Source: Epithemia pelagica (taxonomy: Eukaryota > Protista > Bacillariophyta). Taken from it: a stretch of DNA of 64,000 nucleotides. The translations under genes were made by a program, and so were the position numbers. Positions 1-10,400 of this stretch are shown here, one piece after another; within the stretch, counting starts at the first letter, position 1; every line of letters starts with the position of its first letter. The stretch covers positions 1,674,001-1,738,000 of the forward strand of contig OX337237.1 of the NCBI GenBank assembly GCA_946965045.2. Reading direction: 5' to 3'. A model generated the notes under the pieces. That model searched no databases, was not told where the DNA came from, and worked only from the letters and a program-made list of their open reading frames with translations.

Positions 1-84
1 CAACCGACAAGATTAAGATCGAACCAACCGAGTACGTTCCTTTCGACCGATACCGTACGTCCAATTGGCTTATTACCACTACTA

Positions 85-2064
85 TCATCCCCAACTTTTC
101 GCCACGCGAGCCAACAGTTCTTGCCGTCGTCTCCGTTGCGCGTCTGGGTCATCACTGCAATCTTTCGCTTCAGCCGGACCCGGACCCTCCTTGCTATGTT
201 CTGAGGAGTGGTTGGAAATCTTCTTGAGGCCGTTTACTCCTTCCGTACTCTTCGACAACTGTGGTTGCTTCCACAAATGATGTGACGACGAATCCATAAC
301 CTTGTGCGAATCAAGTTGCGTCTTTTGTTGAAGTCTTCGGTTCGCGGCAGTGGCAGCTTCGGCATCGGCAATCACACGCTGTGTGATTGGGGTCTGCAAA
401 TCCGCTCCTTCCTTGATCGCGGCACCTTTGTTTGTGGACTTGAGCTTTCGACCCTGAGTCCAATCTGGTTTGGCCCACGTGTACTCCTTCGTCTTGTTTG
501 TCTTGGGGGTTGGTCTCAAAACGCCTGGGTTGGCAACATGGTTGATATCATTCGGCGTTCGGAATACAGTGGCTTTTGTGATGGGCTTCACAATATCTCC
601 ACCTTCTCTCAACTTGGCACCATTGACACTCAGTTTCAGCTTGCGTTGGCGCGTGTTGGACATCAGGCCACCTCCGATTTCACCACTCACAAAACGTCGC
701 AGGATCTCTTCCTTGTCAACTTCAACACCCTTGCCGCTGGCATTAGGAGAGGATGAACCGTCTTCGTTCGCTTCCTTTCCAACATGAGTGATGGGACCCG
801 CGAGATTTCCACCTTGTCGCACTTTCTCACCCTGCTCTGTTGGGGCCAACTGGTCACCCTGCGTCCAGGCCGGCTTCTGCCAGCTGTATACGCGATGCTC
901 ACCATCAAATTGTTCGGCGCGAACATAAGTTTTGGTAATGCCGGGTTTCTTGCTCTTGGCACCGTCTTTTTTGCAAACAATCTTCTGAGTTTCTGCTAGA
1001 GGGCTGGGAACATTTGTTTTCAAGATGGACTTGCCACGGCTTGTAGGAGACATGTGAGCAAGCGAGCCATTGAGGGAGGACGTTCCACCATCTGGACTGG
1101 TTGGCGGAGTACCCACTGGACTCGGTGGTGGACTCATGCTTGGTTGTCTGGTAGGCGCGGGCTTTGCAGTGTCTTTCGCAAATGGTTCTCCACCAGACTC
1201 TTGAGTGGTCTCAATCGCAGGTACCTGAGGGATTAGGCCAGCTTCTTGTTTCTTGGATTTTGTAGACGAAGAGGTTGTAGACGACGAAGAGGAGGATGAA
1301 GAGGATGACATTGAACCTTCTGATGACTCTGGCGGTGCCTGCTTCTTTCCTTCTCGCTTCTTTCTCCGAACTTCCTTATCAGCGGAATGTCTCTCCATGT
1401 CCTTTTTAGCAGCCTCTGGAATTTCAATTTCGCTTCCACCATCCATACCGTCATCCTCCATATCTAGAATAAAGTCAGCCTGATTGATTTCTGATGTTTC
1501 ATCGTCCAACGAAGGCTGTTTGTTGAGCTTAATTTCGTCCGGAAAGGGTATCTCCTGTAACATGGCTGGATTCCTGTCTTCACCATCCGTTCCATCGAGG
1601 TTCGGTGCCACGAGATCGGCCAAATCATAGGCGTCACTAAAATCAGAAGTGCCACTGTGCATGGATGACTCAAAACTACTGGCGGCGGACTCTTCATCAC
1701 CAGAAAGTAGTTCATCCATGCTGTCTTCACTCATATCATCTTCGGTTTCAAACACATAAAACACTTCTCCATCCACGATTTCCAAATAAAAGTCGGCATC
1801 TCCATCGTCTTCTACAATTTCAATTTCGTAGGCTTCTTCCTCCTCTTCTTCCAACTCGTATCCGTAGTGAAAGAAGCGGTCTTCGATTTCTGTGACTAGA
1901 ATTTCCTCTTGGAATTTGATTTTGCGGTTTTCTTTTTCGGCTGGAAGGATTTCAATGACCTGATCTCCTTCAGCTGGGACCAAGAATGGTCGTGGTTTCT
2001 TCAGTGGTTCATAGTAGAATGGCAGTGTCCGTAATTCTGCCAGAGGCCCGTCCGGTCCAGACAT
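85..2064 (-). CDS. Low-complexity acidic/Ser-rich protein with C-terminal KPxW...PIT repeats
   Basis: Long ORF (track 85..2079; first ATG at 2064). It has an acidic N-half, a Ser/Pro-rich middle, and 3-4 copies of W-x-K-P-x-W...L-x-x-T-x-x-G...D/N-L-x-x-P-I-T. Confidence 0.75.
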   Translation of the reverse strand: MSGPDGPLAELRTLPFYYEPLKKPRPFLVPAEGDQVIEILPAEKENRKIKFQEEILVTEIEDRFFHYGYELEEEEEEAYEIEIVEDDGDADFYLEIVDGEVFYVFETEDDMSEDSMDELLSGDEESAASSFESSMHSGTSDFSDAYDLADLVAPNLDGTDGEDRNPAMLQEIPFPDEIKLNKQPSLDDETSEINQADFILDMEDDGMDGGSEIEIPEAAKKDMERHSADKEVRRKKREGKKQAPPESSEGSMSSSSSSSSSSTTSSSTKSKKQEAGLIPQVPAIETTQESGGEPFAKDTAKPAPTRQPSMSPPPSPVGTPPTSPDGGTSSLNGSLAHMSPTSRGKSILKTNVPSPLAETQKIVCKKDGAKSKKPGITKTYVRAEQFDGEHRVYSWQKPAWTQGDQLAPTEQGEKVRQGGNLAGPITHVGKEANEDGSSSPNASGKGVEVDKEEILRRFVSGEIGGGLMSNTRQRKLKLSVNGAKLREGGDIVKPITKATVFRTPNDINHVANPGVLRPTPKTNKTKEYTWAKPDWTQGRKLKSTNKGAAIKEGADLQTPITQRVIADAEAATAANRRLQQKTQLDSHKVMDSSSHHLWKQPQLSKSTEGVNGLKKISNHSSEHSKEGPGPAEAKDCSDDPDAQRRRRQELLARVAKSWG

Positions 2065-3108
2065 TGCTCCAACAACCACGACAGTGTCTAGGTAGGTGTG
2101 TGTGTCTCGGTACGATCCTAGTCTTTCTTCTAGACACCGGGATCTCTCACAACTCTTCTCTTTCTCTCAAAACGAAAAAGACTTGCTTGCTGTTACTGTC
2201 TCTTTGTTGCTTATTGTTGTTGAGTGAATCCGGTACGAGCGAGAGGGAGAGAGACTTGTTGCAATAAGGGACTCTTCTCCTCTTCTGCTGCTTTGGGAGA
2301 CCTTTGTCCAGACACCCAACAAAAAAAGGAGTCTGTGTAGCAGAGAGTGAACACTATCTACTGCTTCGGGGGTTTTGGGGATCAAATTCGCTGCTGGGTG
2401 TTGCCGCGGAACTGTGTGAGTGGAAAGGGCGTTGTCTCTGGGTGTGTTGCCTCAAAGGGAGAATCCAAGTGTCTCCCTCCATGGGTTGGTACCCGCATTC
2501 ATGCGGGCATGGATGACTTGCGAGCTCGGGTGGTTACACCTAAGAGTTCTTCTCTTAATGCAATAATATTGCGGTCAAACTCAATGAAGGATCAAACCGA
2601 TGGAATTTTTATTCAAACCCAATCTCCGGGTCGAACTTGTGTTCTTGCGGGCATTACGTTCTTTTCTGTTCGGTTGGGACACTGACAGTCAGTGTCTGGC
2701 ACAGTCTTTTGTCGGAAACACCGCGGGTCGCGGCTCCGCGAAGACCGGCATGACTGGCCCAGATAGTTTCCTTGGTTCGGATGTGACATGGAACGGGGTG
2801 TACTGAATTTCCTATACTGTAAATGGGGAGAGTGGCATTCTGTGAGTTTGCGAAAGCCATGGGTAAAGCCGCATATCTGTTGGGAAAGTGGGAGTCTTGC
2901 TTGGAATTCTCGTCGACTTTTCCCTCCTTGTAATCTTTTTACACAAGCGACAAGGGGCAAGACACCTGTTTCCTATTTCGTGTGTGTGTGCGTAGAGTCT
3001 CGATTGGACACAAATCTTGGACTGACCTCCCCTTTCCAAACAAGTGGAACTCTTCTCACTCTCTCTCTCTCTCTTTTCCACACAAGTCATCCAATCAAGG
3101 CACAAACA

Positions 3109-3504
3109 ATGGACGACAACAGAGACTTTGCCTGGGAAAAGCCCGCGTGGGCTACCAAGGGACCTGGTTTGCGCAAAACGGGAAGAGGCGATCAAATGGT
3201 CAATGGAGGTGATCTGGCGGCTCCGATTACCGATTTGCCCCATATGGACAAGAACGGCCCCTTCCGAAAGCCTGGCTGGACCGGAGACGTGGATAAGATT
3301 GAAAAGCCTACCGAAGATTTGGCCAAGCCCATTACGTCCCTCCCTCACTCTGGCAACAACAAGAGCTTGGAGTTTGAAAAGCCCGATTGGACCAAGAAAC
3401 CAGTCTTGCACGCTTCCGACAAGGGAGAAGCACTGAAATCAGGCAAGGAAATTGCCCGGCCAATTGGTGGAATCAAACCTGTGGAGGATGACTATGATGA
3501 TTGA
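3109..3504 (+). CDS. 131-aa protein made of three KPxW...DLAxPIT repeats
   Basis: ATG at 3109 (caaacaATG) follows a CT-rich leader and is in frame with track ORF 2788..3504. Repeats: WEKPAW..LRKT..GDLAAPIT, FRKPGW..EDLAKPIT, FEKPDW..LHAS..EIARPI. Confidence 0.8.
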   Translation: MDDNRDFAWEKPAWATKGPGLRKTGRGDQMVNGGDLAAPITDLPHMDKNGPFRKPGWTGDVDKIEKPTEDLAKPITSLPHSGNNKSLEFEKPDWTKKPVLHASDKGEALKSGKEIARPIGGIKPVEDDYDD

Positions 3505-4066
3505 GGGATCCATGGCTCTGTGATTGCATCTTCCAACATTGGTTGTGGAGGATGCGCACTTTCAAAAAGAGGTGTGGTAGCGCCGCCATGGCAAAGCCCC
3601 CCTGATTTCATCCCACAGCGTCTCTCTGAGGATTGTTGACTGTTCGTTGTAAGCAAATTTTAGATCTATAAATGAGTTAGTAATATTATGGAGTGAATTA
3701 GTGAAAGAGGCGCCTTCCCAAACTATCCAAAGGGATCTTCTCTTCCAAAGGATTCGACGCGTGACAAGTGACGCAGGACGTCGTCCACGTGGTTCCATCT
3801 CCTTTGTATATCATCGTGGAACCAGAGGCTTTCATATTATCCTGTCGTAGGAATAGTTACGTTTCCTTTTAACCCGCCATTGCGACAGGCTTGAATGCAA
3901 TCATTATCGTCCTAGAACAGGCGTGTGTCATTCGTTAACTATCGTCTACTACTATTATCTACGGTTCGAATCCACACTCCAGACAAAGTTGCGAGAATAT
4001 AAACTACAATTCACACACACAAAGGATTCCTTCTGGTCTTTTTTGTTTCCTTCTGGTTTGGCAGGT

Positions 4067-6427
4067 TTAGTCACCATACCGTACCGGCATGCGAGGTGCC
4101 GAAATGGGTTTGGCCAAGTCCACACTCCCCTTTTTCAAGAGTTGTCCCTTTTCGGTCGACCGTAGTTTGCGGACGGCCCAACTGGGCTTGTTGGCATCAT
4201 CGTCATCCTCAACTTGCTCTTGGTCGTTTCCTGTATCGGTAGTTGTGGCGGGAGCGTCCGAGGACGACGTCCTTGTCGGTGTCCGAGGACCACCTGTCGA
4301 CGGTCTTCGACCACCACGAAGTGTGGACGAGGGTCTCTTTTGTTTGGGACCTTCAATGGTACTGGTGGCACTCCCATCGTCCAGAATGTGCGCGGCATTG
4401 GTTTCCACGGTCCCCATGTCATCGGACATGGCTTCTTGTTGGGCCAAGAATTGATTGAGTTTTTTCAAATCATTTTTGCTCGCCTTGATTTTTTTGCGCG
4501 TCTTCTTTTTGTTGTTGTTGGAGTCGCCCGAAGCACTGGTGCGAAAGGATCCTTCATCCGACGACGACCGCACCGGTTTGGACGGGGACGATCGCGACGA
4601 GGGAGACGAGGACGGTCCACCACTACTACTACTACTGGCACGATGACGTGAATACTTGGGGTATTTGGGTCCTCCTCCCGACAAGGACGTTGAGCGCTTG
4701 GGGGTCGTGGGGGACGACGGAGCTGGCGGAGCTGCTGCTGCCGGAGAAATGGGTGTCACGTTGTCGTCTCGGGACGACCGACGAGGCATGGGACTTTGAT
4801 CTCGGCCACTCTTGCTATGATTGGACAACCGGTCGCCCCATCGATCATCGCTTCCACTGGAACGACTGCTCCCCTGTCTCCGCAAGGGAATGGCATCATC
4901 GGAACTCGCATACCGCGAGACACCTCGCGGTCGCGACTTGGATCTTGGAAAGGATGACGAGGCTGTGTTGCTGCTAGTCTTTTTGTGGTGGGTCTCATCT
5001 GATGGATCATTGTTCTTGTTGAGGGTAAAGACCAATTGTCCTGTACCACCGGTAGGGAAGGACATGTAGCTGGTAGCACCATTCGCCAACAGAGGACTAC
5101 TGGTAGGACTACTTGTCATTTGGTTCAGAGATGCCGTGGTTTTGGGGGGTTCCTTGCGTGTCGTCTCACGGTGCCGTTCCACTGCTGTACTAGATCCTCG
5201 TGAGTTTGTATGGGTGGTCGCCTTGTCTTGTACCTCTTCTTGTGCTTTGTCGTTTGTCGCACCTGGTGGTGTCGACTTGGTTTGGGAGGAAGACACGACT
5301 GTGGTCGTTTCTTCCACAGTGCCCTGGCGTGCCGTCTCGGTCGGAGCCTTATTGCTCGCTCGAGTTGGAGTGGGTTGCTCCGTTCCGGAAGAAGAAGGAA
5401 CCAGACTGCTCGTGGTGGAGGTTGGAGTCACACTGTCGGAGGGGGACCGTTGCGGAGAGGTGGGAGCGGTATCGACGCGGTGACTTGTGGTGCTGCTGCT
5501 GCTGCCAGCCTCGGGTGGTTGTGGTTTGGTGGGCGTGGTGGGAGGTTCCAACGAGGAGGATTCGAGCGATCGCGTGGGGGTCAAGGTCGGACGCGTCCAC
5601 CGTCGTCGAGGAGGAGCTTCCTCACGACCATGAACCAAGGACACCAAGGACAAGTCGCGTTCTTCCTTTTTGCGATAGGGTCTTCGTTTTTCCGTCACCA
5701 TGGGCACAAATCCGGGAGCCTTGTTCCACGATCCACCCCCCATAAAATCACCGGGTCGTAAATTGGAAACATCTCCCGAACGGGTTGCCGTAGGTCGAGA
5801 GGCTCGCCATTTGGGTGTGGTCCGGGGCGATGCGGCTGTAGAAGAAGAAGAAGTGGAGTGTTCTCGAGCCGGCGGTGCCGGTGATTTCGGTGTCGCCTCG
5901 GTGTTGCCTTTCCCTGCAGTTTCAGATACGAGAGCAGATGCAGGCGTTTCGACAAAAGATTGGGAAGAAGGAACCACTTTGGATGATACTTCTTCTTCTT
6001 CTTGAGGAGCTGTGGTTTCTTCTTTTGGGGGAGGCTCCTCTTGTTCGGATTGCAGTCGTGCTTCTTTGAGTTGTCGAAGTTGTTTTTCCAAACGAGCAAT
6101 CTCATCATCAATCGTATCATCATCCTCTCCTACGGGAAGTTCCTCTGATCCATTGGTAAATTTGGAGAGCAAATCGGAGGACGACGAGGACCCGCCTTTT
6201 CCTTCCTTGGTAGTAGTAGTATGGTGGGGATACGACGTTATGTCCAAGGATTTTCGTCCCATGGGAGAAGAAATGCGGCCCGTCATGGCCAAAAATTCAT
6301 TGGTTTGATAATTGGAGCTTCCGACGACCGACATGAGTACGGCTCGCAATTCCTCGAACTGATTTCTCGTCGTATTCGTAGCTTGTCGACTGGACACCGA
6401 CGACAACGACAAGGAGGGGTGGTTCAT
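4067..6427 (-). CDS. Ser/Thr/Pro-rich disordered protein with a short coiled coil and one C-terminal KPSW...DLAKPIS repeat
   Basis: 803-codon ORF with first ATG at 6427. Coiled coil IDDEIARLEKQLRQLKEARL; C-terminus KPSWAVRKLRSTEKG..DLAKPIS. Confidence 0.75.
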   Translation of the reverse strand: MNHPSLSLSSVSSRQATNTTRNQFEELRAVLMSVVGSSNYQTNEFLAMTGRISSPMGRKSLDITSYPHHTTTTKEGKGGSSSSSDLLSKFTNGSEELPVGEDDDTIDDEIARLEKQLRQLKEARLQSEQEEPPPKEETTAPQEEEEVSSKVVPSSQSFVETPASALVSETAGKGNTEATPKSPAPPAREHSTSSSSTAASPRTTPKWRASRPTATRSGDVSNLRPGDFMGGGSWNKAPGFVPMVTEKRRPYRKKEERDLSLVSLVHGREEAPPRRRWTRPTLTPTRSLESSSLEPPTTPTKPQPPEAGSSSSTTSHRVDTAPTSPQRSPSDSVTPTSTTSSLVPSSSGTEQPTPTRASNKAPTETARQGTVEETTTVVSSSQTKSTPPGATNDKAQEEVQDKATTHTNSRGSSTAVERHRETTRKEPPKTTASLNQMTSSPTSSPLLANGATSYMSFPTGGTGQLVFTLNKNNDPSDETHHKKTSSNTASSSFPRSKSRPRGVSRYASSDDAIPLRRQGSSRSSGSDDRWGDRLSNHSKSGRDQSPMPRRSSRDDNVTPISPAAAAPPAPSSPTTPKRSTSLSGGGPKYPKYSRHRASSSSSGGPSSSPSSRSSPSKPVRSSSDEGSFRTSASGDSNNNKKKTRKKIKASKNDLKKLNQFLAQQEAMSDDMGTVETNAAHILDDGSATSTIEGPKQKRPSSTLRGGRRPSTGGPRTPTRTSSSDAPATTTDTGNDQEQVEDDDDANKPSWAVRKLRSTEKGQLLKKGSVDLAKPISAPRMPVRYGD

Positions 6428-7463
6428 GGTCTCATGATGATGGTGCAGTACGCGCACTCCGAGTTGAAGCGAGTTCAACGGAGTTATATGTACTCATACT
6501 GGTTCGTTTCCCATGGGAGTATGGAATGTTTCTGGTTGGTCCTCTTATTCTCCTGTATTTTGATTGGGAAAAACAGCCGAGTTCTACACAATAAGGTATA
6601 GTATTATTGGTAACGCACATAAATTGCCCTCGTTTTTTGAGAATTGCCCACATCTTGATTGCTTGTATCTCCTGTCCAGTCGGATCGGTTCCCTCATTTC
6701 TGGATGGCAACCATTAAATAATCAAGAATCGATTGGAATGCAGGACTGCTTCTCCGGTATTGCCCCAAGATATCCCCTTTCTTGGTCACTGACGGATTGA
6801 CTGTCGAAACTGAAAGGGAAACGACGACGGCGATTGGCATCAAGTTTCAATAGCTTTTCTCGTACTGTACTCGTACTCGTACGGACTACGGATATATCAC
6901 AGAAAAACAGAAACTCCTCCCTAACAAGACAAAACGGACAAGTGGAAAGTGGCAACGGCAATCTTGGACTTCTTGGAAAATTCTTCTCCTTGTACAATTA
7001 CCACCATATAAATAGGAGCGATAAGGAGGCAGAAAATAATGTCACCAGGAACAACTGTCGTGTGGGGAAAAAGAATCTGGACGGGATTTGAGTTCACCGC
7101 AACTTTCACTCCTATTTCGTTCCGGTTGTCCGCGGGACAAGACTTGTTGATAACGATGACGACAAGACTCACAAAAAGTGAGGCATTCAACTAGATAAGC
7201 CGGTGAGCAAGAACAAACAAATCTTTCTTTGGATCCAAGCTATATGTTAAATACTGGTCCCTTTGCTATCTTCGACCCGTGAGCTATCCTGTCCTGGAAC
7301 CGGTAGTTAAGCCATTCGCTCCTAAACCTAGAAGGCTCATCGTAAGGACTGGGCAAGTCTGTTTCATGAGAAATGCTCCTCTTAGCCCGAGTCGACATAA
7401 CAAATGTGTTGTAGGCAATGTGATGAAGATGATATCGTTAGGTTTCGTTTCATATCATCATCA

Positions 7464-10400
7464 TCATGTCATGGCAGCCCACTTGGCCGCATAGAGACTA
7501 TGTTGTGGCCCTCTACTCAAGAGTTCATTGTGACTTCCCGTTTCCACAACTACGCCATCTCGGAGGACCACAACGCGATCCGCCCACCGTCCCGTCGCCC
7601 AACGCGTCGAGGTGAGAATGGTGGCTGCCATGGAGGAACGCAAATTCCGAAACAGGGGTCCTTCGTCCGTCTCGGAAAAGGGAACGGTAGCATCATCCAA
7701 CAACAGGAGAGATCCCAATAAACTATTCTCCACGCGATCGTTCGTCGCCGCCGCACTCTCATTGTCGTACATGGTTTGACAAAGAACACGTGCCAGCAAC
7801 AGCTTGGACCATTCTACAGAGGAAAGAATGCAGTAATGCGGCCTCAAGGGAGAGGGCTCCAAGTCTTCTTCGTTGGCGGTCACCACCGTAGCAAGTTTGG
7901 ACGAAAGGCGAGGCAACAGACTCGAATCGAGACCTGTCATTTTCAAAGCCAGTGCCATACATCCACTACCCTTGGATCCGGTGGGTTGCGACGGACTTTG
8001 TAGGTGCAGTCCATCGCTTGGTTCCAGAATTTCTTCAATCGACAGCCCGGACAGTGCTCGTGAAAAATCGGCTACCGTCCGTACATCGTTGAGCATGAGC
8101 CCCACTCGTCTTCGCAAATGATTCGGATCCCATTTGGTCACATCCAAGCCGCCAAGTGAAATGGATCCACGAACATGAACGACCGTTTGAGCTTGTTTCG
8201 GTGGATGTACAATGGCTTCCGCCAAAGAAGCCATGAGTCTCGTCTTTCCCGACCCATCGTCACCCAGTACCACCACCACTTCACCGCTTCGGCAGGACAA
8301 GTTTGCCCCATGAACAGCCCATGCTCGACGTTTGGAATGAGCGGTCCACATGTCACGAACCACGATTCCCGCCGTTGGGGAAATGGAGGCTTGAAGCTGC
8401 AAGTTGGCCGGAGGAGCTGCGATTTGCTTGGCACGTTCGTCCACTGCCGACAGGAAACTAGACAGGAACGGAGCAATGGTCTTTTTGGATACGGACGCTT
8501 CCACAGCACGACCAATGGCTGACAAGAAGAGAGCCTGAAGGACAACCAGTACAGCAGCTACTTCACGAAGCGAATGCCATCGTACCAAGAGGTTTCCTTG
8601 TGAGACATCGTCCAATACGCCTGTAGCGGCAAACACCACAAGTGGTACACACAACAAAAGTCCTCCGAGAGTACCATAGAGTCCAATAAACAGAGGGGAT
8701 CGTTCGGAGGTAGCGGCTCGGCGAGGTACCACAACCGGCGTGGAGGTTCGCCACCGTTCTAGAAACTCGTCCAGCTCAAATCTCTTGGAAACCAACTGAA
8801 GTCTTGAAGCTGACGAACTGCCCAAGTTCCAAACATTGTCTGTTTGCTTCTCGTGAGAATACTGCACCGCATCTTCTTCTTCCGAAGCGGATGAAGTACC
8901 GACTGGTTTTCGTGACATTTCAAACCTGGGGATCAATGTAACCAAAACCATTGCAATAAGCAATGAAGATTCACCAGCATATCGAAATGGTTGCTGCAAA
9001 AGCAAGTTTAATTCCTCGGCAACCACCGATTTTGCAACTAGAAGGAGCTCCATTATATGTTTTCGGACAACACCCCATAGTGACTGCCACGGTATCGGCC
9101 ACGAACGCCAATCCTCAATGGAGACAATTTCGATGAACGTCTTTCCTGCGGCAATCAACAGTGGCTGCAAAAACGAAAGTGTTGTAACGACGAGAGATAC
9201 AACAAGACAGATAACGAATGTGCTCAAACGAGTGGCCTCAATCGTAGCAGCAGCTTGAGCTCTGGCTGTTGCAGCAACCTTCTGGACCACGTGTTTCTTG
9301 GTGGGGATGGACAAGACCAACCTCAGAAACAGAGATCCATACTCAGCTTCTCTTGACACCTGGTTGGCCACCGAAGATGAAATAGCTGAGTTCGCTCTCT
9401 CTAATAGAAGAACATTGGTGACAATGGCAAGGAAAGTTCCAGTTGCAGCGTATGGGAACCATCCATCAACGAGCTTTTCACCCATCAGCATCGCTCCCTC
9501 AATTGAAAATGATCCGGAGGGAACAGAAATCTGTGAGCTGATCTTGAAAAACTCACGGGCTGCTTGAAGACCAAATACTAGTGATGCCAGATCGAACAAA
9601 GCCCGGTTTCTTCCATGTACAACACATCTTTTCCGTTCAAAATCTTTCAAAAGCGTTGCGGTTTGCCATTCGTGACTTCTGCCCTTCAGTGCATCAACAG
9701 TGGACGTTATTCGGGGACTATCCTTCTCCTTCGAAGTCCCTGGGGATACATCGAAAACAGCCCGACTCCTTTTGCGTCTCCCGAAACCAAGAAAACTCAA
9801 CCCGCGTTCACTCTCTCCGTCTTCCGCACTCCACGCATCCATTGTCGCCGCGTAGTCTTGATAAGAGCTCTGACGCAACCTGAGAATATTCAAAGATGGA
9901 ATCCGAGGGAGGAGACCGACTAGTTTGCCAGTCCAGCCAGTGCTATCTTCGTCGTCGTCTTCAAAGGAATATCGTTTAGCAGCACTTGCTTTGTGTGTAT
10001 GCCCACCCTCTTGTTGCCGACTGCTGCTGCTTCCTGTACTTGGGGTAGGGGCCCCTGTGTTCTGAAGCATCGCCTGAACCTTTCTCCGGTGGTCATCCCT
10101 TATATTTGAGTCCACATTAGAGCTGAAAGTGTTTGAAGTCGGTGATTGGAAAGGTGGTGAAGGTTGGTGACCCTGAAACTGACCAGACGAATACGATGTT
10201 CTTGGATCTACATCATTGGGGTTCGGGACGGGGACTGAAGAAGCACCACCCGTTGCAAGAATCGGCCTTTTCGTCTTTCCGCTTGTCAGCTGATTCCAAT
10301 CAATCTTCTTTTCGGATTGAGTATCCTCGTTGTTGGTATCTACTGAAGACTTGTTGTCTTGTCTTTGCAGCTCGTCTTTCGCCTGTTGCTTACGCATCAA

